Below, piece by piece: positions 15,302 to 15,382 of a DNA stretch of 15,382 nucleotides. Under the pieces are notes generated by a model. It was not told the origin of the DNA, did no database searches, and was given only the letters and a program-made list of their open reading frames with translations. Numbering within the stretch: the first letter of the stretch is position 1; each line of letters opens with the position of its first letter. The DNA is taken from positions 1-15,382 of the forward strand of contig JAZDJS010000023.1 of assembly GCA_043803745.1 (NCBI GenBank), read 5' to 3'. Origin of the DNA: an archaeon. Its GTDB lineage: Archaea > SpSt-1190 > DYHY01. Both the position numbers and the translations under genes were made by a program.

Positions 15302-15315
15302 GGCAAATATATTAA
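15302..15315 (+). promoter_or_regulatory. BRE-TATA-like promoter for a transcript running off the window end
   Basis: GGCAAA-TATATTAA ends 25 nt before ATGATGATGA at 15341. Confidence 0.5.
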
Positions 15316-15340
15316 CTCAGACTTGACCAACTCCAAGCCG

Positions 15341-15382
15341 ATGATGATGACGAGCCGAACCAATCCGAACCGGAAAAGCCCC
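15341..15382 (+). CDS. Possible 5' end of the next gene (MMMTSRTNPNRKSP...), truncated
   Basis: ATG at leaderless distance from a TATA, with the frame open to the window end. Only 14 codons are visible. Confidence 0.3.
   Translation, partial: MMMTSRTNPNRKSP

Noticed and set aside
15058-15363. 101-aa minus-strand ORF
   Set aside because: It overlaps the protease TM/tail by about 170 nt and crosses a plus-strand promoter, with no motif.

Overview
Gene-dense archaeal genomic fragment. Nearly every start codon has a BRE-TATA-like element about 21-30 nt upstream, implying leaderless or short-leader mRNAs. PGF-pre-PGF and PGF-CTERM-like surface proteins also point to archaea; a DPANN-type organism is plausible but unproven. 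In order, the window holds: three unrecognised ORFs (1-3664), a class I SAM methyltransferase, a dedA-amrB (MEMO-family) pair, a class II Fic gene, a small tail-anchored protein, a 921-aa Cys-rich surface protein, a coiled-coil protein, a small membrane protein with a basic tail, and a 1408-aa membrane-anchored S8 protease. No tRNA, rRNA, CRISPR array, transposase or integrase was seen. The strongest unexplained signals are: (1) a second, in-frame, synonymously diverged copy of the amrB 3' end just past its stop codon; (2) a perfect 13-bp inverted repeat whose 17-nt spacer is the fic BRE-TATA; (3) a Cys-codon discontinuity marking the N-terminal tip of the Cys-rich protein as a possibly exchanged module. 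All calls come from reading motifs by eye; no database searches were run.
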